A stretch of 63,674 nt of DNA, the filler included, from Rhabdomonas costata (Eukaryota): assembly GCA_019059605.1 (NCBI GenBank). It is 42 parts of 42 records of this genome, joined end to end, with 100 filler letters (N's around TTAATTAATTAA, not from the genome) between each part and the next. Parts side by side here need not be neighbours in the genome. Positions count along the whole stretch, not along the records: positions 9,113 to 10,531 come from JAHMHO010016494.1; positions 10,632 to 12,050 come from JAHMHO010016495.1; positions 12,151 to 13,569 come from JAHMHO010016496.1; positions 13,670 to 15,088 come from JAHMHO010016497.1; positions 15,189 to 16,606 come from JAHMHO010016498.1; positions 16,707 to 18,124 come from JAHMHO010016499.1; positions 18,225 to 19,643 come from JAHMHO010016500.1; positions 19,744 to 21,165 come from JAHMHO010016501.1; 34 more parts are not named here. The stretch is one strand, 5' to 3'. Within the stretch, counting starts at the first letter, position 1. The number at the start of each line of letters is the position of its first letter. The position numbers were made by a program, and so were the translations under genes. The notes under the pieces are model-generated. The model had not been told where the DNA came from. It worked only from the letters and a program-made list of their open reading frames with translations, and did not search any database. This document shows positions 10,131-23,069 of this stretch, in pieces.

Positions 10131-12583
10131 TATTGTTTCTTCGTGATTAGAAGAAAGCTCAAAGGGATGTCCAAGAACGAAATGAGAAAATGAGTCGCAC
10201 GCATGTAGTTCGCAAGATGCAGTAGGTTGCTCACGAGCAATTGCAGCCAAATTAGATCTTGAGCGCGTATTTGGCTGTATGAGGCAGAACCTTCCGGCTT
10301 CCCAATTTGTGTCTGCGGGGTACTCGTGGTGCCCGTTTAAAACAAAAAGAGCAACAGGAATAGGGATATTTAAGATCTTGGCCAGCTCCTCTGCGGTCCG
10401 CGGGCAAAACATTTGGGAAACATGGGCATTCCACCACCACCCTCCCAAACCCCCTGCAAAATCTTCTTCAATTTGAATCAAGGCAAATCTTATATTGCCT
10501 TGAACCACACAATCTTGCGGACAAGAAAAACNNNNNNNNNNNNNNNNNNNNNNNNNNNNNNNNNNNNNNNNNNNNTTAATTAATTAANNNNNNNNNNNNN
10601 NNNNNNNNNNNNNNNNNNNNNNNNNNNNNNNCCTTCCTCAATTTGCAGGTAAATTTGGTGGGCAGAAAGCGCTCAGGTGAAGGCGCTGTGCTCTTAACAC
10701 GGTTTCGGCTGGGAGCTCTGCCCTGATTTCTTTTTTCACGGTGGGCACTCGTCGTGAATCCACAACACTCAGAAGTGCCTTGGTGCAGAGCCACCAATGA
10801 TTGCTATCGCCGGGATTGTTCGAGGCGCTGTCATGGTTGTAAGTATTCTGCGGTCTGTGCCCATCCTTCCTCTCCGCCTCTCCGCTTATCCATATACTCA
10901 TTCAGCGCAAGCCTAGCGGTTTCCCGTGCCTCACGCCTATTCTTTTGTGCGCCGTGGTTTTGAACCTTTCCCCGTCTTTTCCTGCATCGCACTGGTAATG
11001 GCGAGCTCCTCCACAGGGCCTATCAGACTAGAGGCTAAGTTTGAACCTCTGGGGGAGAGACACAGATCACGCTGCGCTCCTTCAAGGTCACTACCTGTGC
11101 CCAATGAATTGCCAAAAGAGGTTCCAAAGCAGACCTCCGACGATTGCTTTGTTAGGTACGACTTTGCGTCTCGATTCAATTTGCCCAAACCCGGTCGAGC
11201 TCTTTCGGTGAGAGGTGAGAGACCTGTATTTCTCTCCCTAAACCTTTCCCTCCCCTCTGCACGTCATCCCCGCCTCCTCTTCTTTTCCGATGTCGCTACA
11301 ATCTTCTTCTTTCATGCCAACATCTCCTTCAGTCGTAAAATGCCTTGCCTTGCTTGATGATTTTTTCACGTAATGCTCAATGCTTTTCTTTTTTCGAATA
11401 GCTCCACCGCGCCTTCGCTTCTTTTCTTCGGCCAGCGCCAGACGTGTCCCCACAATCATTCACCCCAGTTGCGTCCCGTCGTCGCGTTTACTCGGTGCCC
11501 GCATCACACAAACGCGCAGACCACTCCTTCCTACTCGCTGCCGTCAAGTCGACTGGCAGAACTTCTCCCCAACTGATCTGCAGCCTCAACTCCGCTCCTT
11601 CGTTCCGGCCGGCTACTCCGCCGCCTTTTCCTCAGAGGTGCCTTCGCACCCGCTGTTGAATCAATCTCCCCTCACCCCAAAGAATAGGGTCATGATTGCA
11701 AAGAGAGGGGTTGCCACTTAGCTAGCGGATGCGTTTGCACAGGGCTCTGCATTGCCTCCTGAACACAGTTTTCCAAGGCCAAGGTCTCGTTCTACGTTTC
11801 TTTACTTCCGTGACGACTTCTTTTTGGAATGTAGCGAAGCATTAGAATCGTTTACTCGGAATTGTGTTCAGACTCACCTGTGCTTTGTCTTTATTCATCT
11901 TTTTGAATCGCAATGTCACAGTTTAGCAAATCCAAGACATCGCATGTCTTTGGTCCCTCTTCGCACACAGCCACGAGCACAAAATTTCTCACAGACGTGC
12001 AGAGCTGACCTCGGCCCTCCTCCCGACGCTCCTCGCTGCCGACCAAACCCNNNNNNNNNNNNNNNNNNNNNNNNNNNNNNNNNNNNNNNNNNNNTTAATT
12101 AATTAANNNNNNNNNNNNNNNNNNNNNNNNNNNNNNNNNNNNNNNNNNNNGGTGTTTTTTCCATCGGCGTTTTGCTCGGTGGAAGAATTAACCTCTTGGG
12201 CGGTCACCAAATGAGACCTTTTATGACTGATTTAGAGGAAAAGTACGGTGCAATCTGCCCTGAATTCTTGAACACAGTTGGTGTTTGCCAGGGTCTGAGC
12301 CGACCTGTGGGTGCGATGTCCATTCTTTTTAGGACTTTGCCTTCCATTTTGCTGAGCGTGTGGGGGGGGGGACTCACCCCCGCTTGCCCAGTATGTTTCG
12401 TGGAAACGGCTGTATTCGCCCCCGTTCCAGAAGCTCACACACACACTCACGCACCTGCGAAGCCTCATGACTGCGTTGGGTGACCAGCTGTGTGCGGGTT
12501 GAGTGGCAATGCCTGACTTTACCCGAAACCGGACGTGAAACTGGTTCTTTGGTCTTTTCCTTCTGCTTCCTCTTCCGCCTCAG

Positions 12584-13472
12584 CAAGAGCAGCTCAAGAA
12601 GGCGCGCGAGGAGGAAGAGGTGAAGCAGGCTGCGGCCCGGGCAAAGGCGAAGCAGATCCAGATGCTGCAGAAGGATCAGCTGGCGGAAACGCAGAACCGC
12701 ATGCGCCGCCAAGAGGAGGTGCCGTTTGGTTTTGCCAGCCCTACCAACTGGGTCCAAGACCCACAGAACCACCCCATGCTGCTCCCGTTGGGACACTCAT
12801 CTTCCCTCATCCCTCTCTTTCTCGTACCGTGACGCCATGCTAAAGGACGGATCAGGTGAGCTGGACTGTCTGGGAAAGAGATGAGCTTGAGTCTCGCCAG
12901 GCCAGTGCCTATATGGTCTGTCCGCAGGCAAGCTCACTTGAGCAGGGCTGCCTTTTTACGTAGATATGTAATGCATAATACACAAACGACGACCTCATTT
13001 TCATTCGCATTGAAATCGCGGGGCCGGGGTACGGGGTAAAACATTGTCTTGGTGTCTTTATTTTGGCGTGCACGATGAATGCGTACCCAACCTTCTCCCC
13101 TACCAAGTGTGTAGCCATCTCCCTTGTTGCCTTCCAGGGGAACAAATGTTTCCGTCCCCCCTGCCCTTCCCCTTCTCTACAATGCCTGAGTGCCTTTGTG
13201 ACCATCTCACTGCAACAATCGTGCAAATCTTTGCTGCCCCACACTTCTGCATTCTGTTTCCGCCAGAAAAATATTATCTCATCAGGGAGTCTGCAAAAGC
13301 AACCTGCGCAGGAAAAACAATCGCGTTCTCACAGGAACAGCACGCAGAGACTCTGGCGATCCGGGCGGCGGCTGAGAAGTCCGTGCTGGAGGAGCTCAAC
13401 GAGGAGAACGCCCGCCGGCAGAAGGCCCGGGACTTGGCCCAGGAATACGCCCAGACGAACCAGGAGCTCAAG
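12584..13472 (+). CDS. Coiled-coil protein (trichohyalin-plectin-homology-like), exons 12584-12718 and 13335-13472
   Basis: Phase-0 AG/GT exons of 135 and 138 nt, E/Q/K/R-rich helical: QEQLKKAREEEEVKQ.. and EQHAETLAIRAAAEKSVLEELNEENARRQK.. Confidence 0.75.
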
Positions 13473-16400
13473 GTCCGCCCAGCTCCGCCGCGCACCTCCG
13501 GCACAACCTTCCCGGCACCCTACACTCATACACGCACGCACACCTTTTCCCTCCCGTCTCCCCACAACCNNNNNNNNNNNNNNNNNNNNNNNNNNNNNNN
13601 NNNNNNNNNNNNNTTAATTAATTAANNNNNNNNNNNNNNNNNNNNNNNNNNNNNNNNNNNNNNNNNNNNGTGGGGGGTGGTTAAGGTAGAGGAGCATGTG
13701 AGCGTAGCGAACATGCGACGTTAAGAGGGTTACTTGTCGGTCCTTCGCTATTGGCCCATCACTCCCATCCCATCACTCTAACTCATGATGGTTCACTCTG
13801 CCACCCTAAGGTGCCTCCGTTCACCCAATACTCAGCATTGCGTGTCTCTCCGTTCCCTCTGGTCACTCCGACCGGCGTAGCCGCAGTGGAATACCTGAGC
13901 GAGGGTTCCGGTTAGCCTTCGGTCTCAGAATGGCATCAACCCCTCACCTCAGGAGTTGCGGCCTTGTCACTCGGTGGGTAACTCAGCATCTACGCTGGCA
14001 TTCCTCCCTCCTCCCTCAGAGTCAGGCATAGGAGGTTGACATCGGCATCAGAGGCAGCATTCTCACATCAGGATATCAGGATGCGTCTCTGTCACCCTCC
14101 CTCTGCTGTCTTGGCGTCTTACCCACACTTGTCCCCCCTCAAGGCCCTGGTCAGCCTCTCTGTGGGGTGGTAGTTGCCATGACACCGCTACACTCCCTCT
14201 GTCACCCTTGTGTGGTGGAGGTACTGGTAGTGGTTGACAGCAGTAGCCCACGTGGGTGACATTGTGGCATCCCTCAATCTTACGTTGAGGGTGGTGATGA
14301 GGGTAGGGTACTGACCTGGACTGGTGGTCGCCTTCCAACATCAGGGCTGATCTTGCCACTGTCACCCAACATGCTACAGAGGGTTGTCAGGGCGCACGAC
14401 TTCCCCTCCCATGACACCACGAATAAGGTTACTCGTGATGCCTGCAGTGTGAGGTGTCGACCTAGCTGGTGTTGTGTGCTTACGTGGTGACGGCCCACAC
14501 TTCCGCTCACAGTGTCGTCATCGACATTCTCACCCTCACTCATGGAGGCTGGGTAGACATAGCCACAGACGTGGTTGCCATCCAGCTCACCTCCACTTCC
14601 ACAATCGAGGTCAGTGCCTAGGAGTTGAGTGATCGCGTCACCGTACTCCATGTCCTTCCCGCATTGCGTGCCAGGTAGCCTTCGTACGCAGATTGTCGCT
14701 ATCAGATCACTACTTGCTCAAGGCAGCTCTCATAGCTGTGTCCACGTACGGTATGTTCTAGATGCGGGGCTTCTTCAGGAACACACCTCTCGGTAGGAGG
14801 AAGGAATGCCAACGGAAAAACGATTGTCGAGCAGCACCAGAGGATCACACCGGGGTCGTACAGATCGCCACCACAGAAGACACACAGAGCACCCCAGAAG
14901 GCCGAATCACGGTCCTTCAAGCATCAGCACCCAACACCTCAACGTCCCCACAGCACACCAGAAGGCAACTCATCAGCAACCCGGACACCAGACACGATTA
15001 GCCCAAACCCCAAACCCGAACCACAAACACCCACACGAGAATTCACCACAGCGATCCTGTCACCGTCCCCCTCACCCACCACCCACACNNNNNNNNNNNN
15101 NNNNNNNNNNNNNNNNNNNNNNNNNNNNNNNNTTAATTAATTAANNNNNNNNNNNNNNNNNNNNNNNNNNNNNNNNNNNNNNNNNNNNTTTTGGTTGTAG
15201 ATCAGACTGCTTGGATAATGTATACGTTTGTTTGGAGTTCCCCTTCACGCGGGCTTCTGATCAATTCTCCCGCCTCCGTGGCCGCTGCTTTGGGGGGGAA
15301 CGGTCAGCTTTTCGTCTTCAGCTGGGCCGAGGTCCATAGGAAATCTAACGCCCAACCTTCTGCGCTCGCCATTCACACACAGCATGGGGGAGCCACAAAC
15401 ACAAAACCACAAAACGTTTGGGTCTGAACGAATTTCACCTCCGCGGAACTCTTCTCTCTCTCTCTCTCTCGCCTCCCTTCTGGATGGGGACATCGGCTCG
15501 GTAGGAAACTAGGAAAACAGAACCACAAAGCTGGAAAGATAACTGTGCTACAGACCAATTCTTAGAGTCCATTCAAGGACATAAGCACACCAGATTCACA
15601 CAACACTTCCAAGCAGGCTTGGGGGGTGGGGGGAAGACCCTCGGGGTAGAGCGGCTTGTGGGAGCTCAGAAGGAAGCCCTTCTTCACGGCGGGCTCTTTG
15701 GACCCTCCCGTAGCTGACGGTGCAGCAGCACTGCAGGAAGGGAGTTGGGTGAAACAGCTTCACAGACACACGCACACACCAGACCAACAAGACTCGAAAG
15801 GCCCCAAATATGGACCACAAAAGTTCAGCTCAAATTGTGATACGCGTGTCCTTCGGCTCCCGCTTTGGTTCCAGGGGTCGTTGGTAATCAAGGGCTGCCT
15901 CTTGTCTGCGGCTGGCAGCATAACAAAGGGCAAACCTGCTGTCGATTTCCTCGATTAGAGGCTTTGCTGGAGCGGAGGGTTTCGGCTTTGGCGGCCCCCC
16001 AGAGGCCCAGAAGCTGTCGTCCTTAAGATCCGCTGTGAGCTCCTCGCCCCTGCCCCCGGACGGGGAGCTCTCCGTTGGCCCACCAGCTACAACCTGGATT
16101 CAAGGAAGTCGAACAAAAAGCACCAAAAGAAAAACAAAAACGGAAAGCGCGAAAAAGAAACCCAAGAAAGGTTCTAACGATGACCCACCACCACCGATTA
16201 TAATGGCTTCTTTTTTTGTCGTGTAGAATTGAGGGTGTTGTTTACTGTTACAGAAAAAGCCGCCGATATTATCGAAATGCAACAACTCCAAAATCACAGC
16301 CACAGAACGATGTCTGGTGCCCTCCAATTGTCCAAAGAAAAAAGGAAGCGACGAAACGTTTCAATCCCCCCCCCTTCGGTTCCAGGGACACATCTTCTCC

Positions 16401-17808
16401 CCTACAAAAAAAACACGGAAAATAAACGCTTCCAGCAGTCACAGAAAAACCAAACAAAAAATGGAACACAAAAATCTCGTTCTTTCCGTTTTTTTTTGCT
16501 TTTCGTACTTCCTTCCATGCCTGGATTGGGCAGGGCATGCCCTTGTACTTCGCCTTCAGCACCACCCACTGCGGGGCTAGCCTCAGCCCGGGGTTCTCGG
16601 CCTCTANNNNNNNNNNNNNNNNNNNNNNNNNNNNNNNNNNNNNNNNNNNNTTAATTAATTAANNNNNNNNNNNNNNNNNNNNNNNNNNNNNNNNNNNNNN
16701 NNNNNNGGGGTGGTTTGCATTTATCATGGGTCGGATAGGGGTTGCTGCTTCAGTATCTGTTGTGTTGTGCGCGAAGAGATATTCGGTGAATGTGCTTGAA
16801 AGGCGCTGCACTTCTATCAGTTTGCTGCCTTGCACCTTCATGAACACGCCCTATCCACCACCACCAACTTTGTACCTCTGTATTTCGTGGCCTATTTTGT
16901 TACCTGATTCCCCCCTCTCCACAACCTGACCCGTCTTTCACCCTTTTACTACACCGGTCCAATCACTACTATCACAGTCTGCTTTGAGAGCAATTTTTCT
17001 TCCCAACTTGCATGGTTTGTGTCGCGCTGCCCACATCCTTCGGTAAGCATGTTGCTTGTGCTGATGTTGCGTTGCGCTGTTGTCGCTCAATTCATTTCTT
17101 GTGTGCCTTCTTCCTCCAGTGCCTCGAAGAGCGTATGGGTGGCAGTATGTGCGTCCGGGTTCAATGCAACGAAATATATAGGAGTCCAATCCTCTTTTTG
17201 AATAGGGCTCTGAAGGATAGCTTGGACATTGCCTCAGAGAAACCTCAGAGTTTGGATGGATGGATGGATGAGCTCGTCTAAGTTCACCAGACAACAATAC
17301 GGACACGTTTTGGACAGAGAAAAGGCGGTGTCACCGAGGAAGGGGACCGTTTGACCAAACTCGCCAAACGGAACTTCCACCAGGACTTTCCGCTGGCGCT
17401 TCTCGAGATCGTTGACGTCACTGGTTGATTTTCTGTTTTCCTCTCGCTCAGATAGTGGAGCGGCGAGTCTTTGTCCATCCACAACGCTGGTCTCAATTGC
17501 TTCAGTCGTCACAATCGTGATGGTGCACAAAGCTGTAAAGTGCGTTCACACAGGCTTTGTAAGAGTATACTTCTCCGGAGTCTCCGGTGTCCTGATTTTA
17601 TGTAACTGTTTTCTCCTGGTGTTTTCCCTTCTCAGACCGGCGTACTGTGTTGCTTTTCAATCCCCAACACCCCTTCACTGACTGTTTCCTCACATCCTCT
17701 CTTTCTCTTTTTCCCACTTTTATCGTTACTTTATCCCTTTTCCCCTTTTCGTACAAGCGCTCCTTTTCTTTTTGCTTCGGCGAGAAGTGAAGAGATTACA
17801 AACCAGTC

Positions 17809-17991
17809 ATGAGTTCCGGTGCGAAGGACGGTGAAATTGTGAAGGTAGTCAGCGTTGACTTCCAGGATGAACACCCGGGCGCGGACAGCAATTCAGACGA
17901 TGTGGCGGATCTGCCCGGGTCCACGGCCCCGCTAGGGGTGCTGAGCTCGGTTGCCTCGATGAGAGAGGGGGAGCCCATTGCCGTCGAGCAG
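17809..17991 (+). CDS. Probable first coding exon of an unknown protein
   Basis: ATG follows a long polypyrimidine tract (~17680-17775). Frame reads MSSGAKDGEIVKVVSVDFQDEH..AVEQ then |GT. Confidence 0.4.
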
Positions 17992-18547
17992 GTCCCCCAA
18001 CTGCTAAAGTGTGTCCTCTCCCCTTTCTGTGCCCTCTCCCCTTCGGTGCTAGTAATGAGCGAAACCTTATACTCATCAACATGCTGTTCATCAGATAATG
18101 ATAGGAGGAAAAAACAGCGAACTTNNNNNNNNNNNNNNNNNNNNNNNNNNNNNNNNNNNNNNNNNNNNTTAATTAATTAANNNNNNNNNNNNNNNNNNNN
18201 NNNNNNNNNNNNNNNNNNNNNNNNTGTGGGGCATTCTCTGACTGAGATGTTTTCGCTGAGGTTCAAGGCCCCACAAGAATTCTGGCTTTGCTGGACACTG
18301 GCGGGCGAAGGGAACAGACTAATCACAGGAATCGACAGGGCTGAGACGGGACGCCATGCATCTAATCTCCGTCGAAAAAATGAAACCATGCCTTGGACTG
18401 GGTTGGAAGCAATTATGAGCACAACTCGCTCTGCAAGTCTGGAAATGTTTGTGTGAGTACGTCTGCGGAGTAGGTGAGGGGAGTGAGGCCTTCTGACTCC
18501 GAAAGCCCTATGAAATCCCATTTCAGATAAGACTCAGAATCTGCAAC

Positions 18548-18945
18548 ATGAAGAGTGCGGAAAGACCTCCACAGGGGCAAGACAAAGCGCTCAGCTCACA
18601 ACAAAGCAACCTGTGGGAGGAGTTGTTGTGGTGCTCACAGAAAATAGCCAAAGCAGTGCGGCAAGCACACAGAACAGAGGTGAAAAGAGAAAGGCGCAGG
18701 CAGGTCCCAGACACACGTACACACCTTATCCTTGTACTCCACGGAGTTTGGCGAGGCGAACCGTCCCAGGGCGTTGATGTACTCCACCTGAAGTCAAGGC
18801 AAAGGGAGCATTCGGTCAACTTCCTTCACCACAGTCATGGATGATGTTAACCTTCCATGACAACAACCAAAAAAGGCAGTTTCGGAAATGACATTGAAAT
18901 TACATGAAATTGACCCCAACACCGGCATTGCAACAATCCTGTGAA
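18548..18945 (+). mobile_element. Decayed non-LTR retrotransposon reverse transcriptase fragment
   Basis: Correctly ordered degenerate RT motifs: DKALSS..LWEELL (like KAFDSV..LW), GVWRGEPS (like GVxQGxPLS), and, after a frameshift, VMDDVNL (YxDD). Confidence 0.45.
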
Positions 18946-19186
18946 GGTAGGTGCTATGGAACGCAAAAAAAAAACCCGAATGGGAGAACTGATGAAGACA
19001 AGAAGGCAAGACATCGAACACCAGGATTCTCATCGGAAGAAAAACAATGGATCATCAAAGAATGGACTAAAAAGGGGTGACCTCTCGAGAGACGAAAAAT
19101 GCACCACGATGCTGTATGATTGATCCCTCACCTGTACTGAACCATCAATGATACTTTACCGGAACACAGAGCGTGCAAATGCACAC

Positions 19187-19303
19187 CTTGGCCGACCTCA
19201 GGCCGTTGCGGTAGGAGAAGTTCAGGGAGTGGACGTGGTTCTGTACCGTCGACACCAGCTTGTCCCTGAACGGGGCGCGCGGCATGCACTGCAACGCCAC
19301 CAC
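19187..19303 (-). CDS. Internal exon of an unknown protein
   Basis: 117 nt, AAG| to AAG|GTGTGC, strong GC3: VVALQCMPRAPFRDKLVSTVQNHVHSLNFSYRNGLRSAK. Confidence 0.55.
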
Positions 19304-20120
19304 CTTTCCGACTCACACTCGTGCTTCCTCGTGCGTATTAACGCCACTTCTGGTGGTAGCGCCCGCAGCATCTCGAAAGTAAGAGTTACGGGAAGACACA
19401 CAAAGAAACAGGAAGAGTTGAAGCAAAAGCACAACCAGCGAAACACACACACAAACACACACACACACACACACCTCTCTTTGCCTTCAAAAATGTTCGA
19501 AAATGCCTAACCTGGAGTGAATATTTTTCGGCCATGACTTTTTGAGGTGCCGCGGACAAACCACTCGAGACACATTGCAGTCCTGCGACTGCGTACGGCA
19601 CCCAAGGAAACGAAGAGGTGAGCTTCAACGATTACACCAACAANNNNNNNNNNNNNNNNNNNNNNNNNNNNNNNNNNNNNNNNNNNNTTAATTAATTAAN
19701 NNNNNNNNNNNNNNNNNNNNNNNNNNNNNNNNNNNNNNNNNNNGTTGGTTTGTAGCCAAGTCCTAAATATTGGTGGAAGGCAATCAGTGCCTTCGGAGTA
19801 GTTTTTTTTGTGAACGTAATTAATTGTGCCAGGGCTCGTTTTTATTTTTGCTTGAAGGGGAGTGAGCTCAAAGTACTGCTGACGTAGGACAGGGCAGTTG
19901 CTCAGCGCTCTACTTGAGAGGGGGGGGGGCGTTTGATCTCGAATTGTTGTCTTACGGTAAACTGGCCAACGCAGTGTTTTGGGAGGCCCGCTGTACATAC
20001 AAAAGACCCCAGGCCTGCTTCGGCTTTGCCCTCTCAAACAGTCTCTGATTATCTACCAAAGAATTTCTCGAGCCCCATGGGCGCATTCCCAAGCCACAGC
20101 GAATCTTGGCTGTTTCCCAG

Positions 20121-21078
20121 GCTGAGGAGGTCCACCTCCAGAAGCCCGCCGGGGTCCCCCGGGACACCATCCCCTATGTTTTGATCCAGCTCCTTGTGCG
20201 GCACATCTTGGTTGCGCCCCACCAGCCTCTGTCCTCCCCAGATAGCATCAGCAGCGACGGAGGCAGCAGCAGAGCCATCCTAATCTTTGTGCCCGGCTGG
20301 GAAGAGATCCGCAAGGTGCTGGATCACCTGAAAGCAGCCCTGAACCCCGGCTCGTACAAGCTGGTCGCGCTGCACTCCATGATCCCTCAGGCGGAGCAAA
20401 ACGAGGCATTTGTGCGGCCTCCGCCAGGTTGGGGCGTTCACCTCCTGCCCCAAGACGCAAACTTAGGTCCCTGCACGCATTAGCTCAAGCATTGCTGTCA
20501 GCGATCGTGCCCTTGCCTCATCTTTTGCCTCATCTTTGGAGCTTTATCTATTACCCAGGTTTCGGCTTCGGCTCCACTTCCCCGCAACACCTCACCACTC
20601 ACTTCTGCGTGCCTGCGTGTGTGTGTGTGTGTGTGTGTGTGTGCAAGCTTTGCTACGACCACCTCGTAAGTCAACACCTGCTGCATCTTTGCAGTCGTGG
20701 CTGCCCCGACCCTCCCTTCGTTTCTTTATTTTGCTCCCTTTTCGCTTGTACAGTTGGCTTTTAGCGTCTCCCTGCCACATAAGAAATCACCGAGCTCTAG
20801 AGGCCTTCCTTTCCCCTTGTTTCCAAGAAATCAGCCATAGTTGCTCAGAAGCGATGAACCGAAATGAACCAAGTGAACTATGCCTGTGTGGATTACAATT
20901 TGTTTCCCCTTCCCGTTCTACACCTCATAATTGTTCATTATGCCACCAAGACTGGCCTGGGGTACTTTCATGCAGAGAGTTAGATTTTCGAACCGCGAGC
21001 TGGAATTTCGAGTCGCTTTTCGTTTTGGATTTCAGGAGTGTGGAAAATTGTAGTCGCGACCAACATCGCGGAGACCAG
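20121..21078 (+). CDS. DEAH-box RNA helicase (DHX36/DHX57/YTHDC2-like), exons 20121-20427 and 21036-21078
   Basis: Spliced: AILIFVPGWEEI..LVALHSMIPQAEQNEAFVRPPP-G-VWKIVVATNIAET (motifs IV-V). GT-AG intron with consistent phase. Confidence 0.93.
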
Positions 21079-21374
21079 GTGTGCGGTTCCCACCTGCCCT
21101 GTATGAGAGGATTGCAAAGCGAGATGGGGGTAACTACCCTTTCTGTTGGTATCCTGATATCGCTANNNNNNNNNNNNNNNNNNNNNNNNNNNNNNNNNNN
21201 NNNNNNNNNTTAATTAATTAANNNNNNNNNNNNNNNNNNNNNNNNNNNNNNNNNNNNNNNNNNNNGGTGTTGTGTATGTACGGGGAACGTTTTTGGGTTT
21301 TGGAGGTGGATTTGCATGAGGCTTTCGGGTCTCGGATGTGTCTTGGCTGTGTGTGTGGGTTTGGGGGTGCTCAG

Positions 21375-21692
21375 GCCGAACTTGAAGCAGTGGATGGTGA
21401 CAAACAGACTGCACTTCACATGGCCGCTTATTATGGCCAGTCCGCCATGGTAACCAAGCTGCTGAATGCTAAGGCCAATGTGGATTCATTGGATGGCTAC
21501 GGGTGGACGCCTCTCCACCGTACCGCGTGGTACGGCCATGCCGACATTGCTGAGTCACTGTTGGCCGCCAACGCCAACCCCATCGCAGTGGACCAGTTCG
21601 GCAAGACTCCAGGGGACTATGCGAAGCAGCGCGCCCACACCTGGATCGAAAAGCGGCTGCTGGAATGTCAGCAGGGCGCGGCTTCCAAGTAA
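21375..21692 (+). CDS. Ankyrin-repeat protein, terminal exon
   Basis: QTALHMAAYYG, GWTPLHRTAWYGH, GKTPGDYA; CAG| acceptor and TAA stop. Confidence 0.92.
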   Translation, partial: AELEAVDGDKQTALHMAAYYGQSAMVTKLLNAKANVDSLDGYGWTPLHRTAWYGHADIAESLLAANANPIAVDQFGKTPGDYAKQRAHTWIEKRLLECQQGAASK

Positions 21693-23069
21693 ATGTTGCC
21701 AGCTTCGAGGAAGGCACGCCAGCGAAAGGCGCCACTGCCTTTCGGCGGCGATTCGTCGTCATGTTTTGCGTATATATATGCCCGGAACATTTGGGGGTTG
21801 GGTTTTGGAGGTGGGTTTTCAGCGTTGTTGGCTGTGGATTTCAGGCCGTGCAAGAGGCATTGGATGAGAGAAAAGTACTGCACTCCACTACGCCGCTCAC
21901 CAAAGTCAAGACATGGGGATTTGAGCTCAGTGAACGGCCAGCAAGGCCGTTGTTAGCTAAGTTCAGGTGAGACACCGGAAATTCAGGTCAAAGCGGATTG
22001 TGGATTGTGGATTGAGGTCATCGCTGCGATGAGTAAAGGTTTTGAGTTCGTGGGTGAAGGTGTAAATTACTACAAATATGTGATAGTTTTTCTGTTTTGT
22101 TTTGTTTTGTTTGTTTTGTTTTTTGCATTCGGTGATAAGGCTATCGTATGTGCGGGAGAGGAAGGGGCAAGGCCTTGATTGCTTGTGATAACACCCTAGT
22201 CGCCCATTCTCCAGTTTGGGATGTCCTGGCATTGTGGCTTTGTTGCATTGTCAGTCGCATGGAAGCCGGAAAAAAGTTCAAGAGAACCCATCCCAGAATT
22301 GCGTATTGATTTCGCAGTACCCCTTCGTTCCAGAGGCGGTTTTCTTCGGGAAGCACCGTTATGACTCTTCTCCGCTCCAGACGGTGCTACCCCGCTGCCT
22401 CACCTATGCTTTTCCCCATGCCACAGCTTTAATCCGGTGCTTCTTATTTCAATTTTCCTCCTCTGCTCCCTTTTCCTCCTTTTCTCCCAACAATCTCCTC
22501 TTCCTGCGCACTTCTCCTCTTCCTTCCCACCCCTTTTTCCGCTTGAGGCCCCTCTTCCTCTCTACAAGCACAGCCCTCTCCGTATATAGATGGATCTAAG
22601 GGGGATTCTGGATGAGGTTCCTGTAGTTTCCCTGCCTGAGGCTGTACGAAGGCTGCATGGGGTGAAGTTCTCTCACCCGAACAANNNNNNNNNNNNNNNN
22701 NNNNNNNNNNNNNNNNNNNNNNNNNNNNTTAATTAATTAANNNNNNNNNNNNNNNNNNNNNNNNNNNNNNNNNNNNNNNNNNNNGGTGTGTGCAAGCCCG
22801 TGTGCTGACTCGACATGTGCGGTAAACATCGCCCGTGACATCCATAAAAGGAGAAGGATCTGCAAAGAGAAAAACAGTGGCCAAAGTCTCAAAGCAGTTG
22901 ACCCCATCTGCAGTTGAATTCCACTTTCCAACCCCACCAACTTTATTTCCAGTGAAGATGGGGATAAGAGGGTAGACTTTTGAGGTGTGGCTTGTGAACG
23001 GGACACAGGTGCTTTATCATTGGTTGCCAGCGATGGTTGGGTGGTCTTGAGGTGGTTGTTTGCTCTCAG

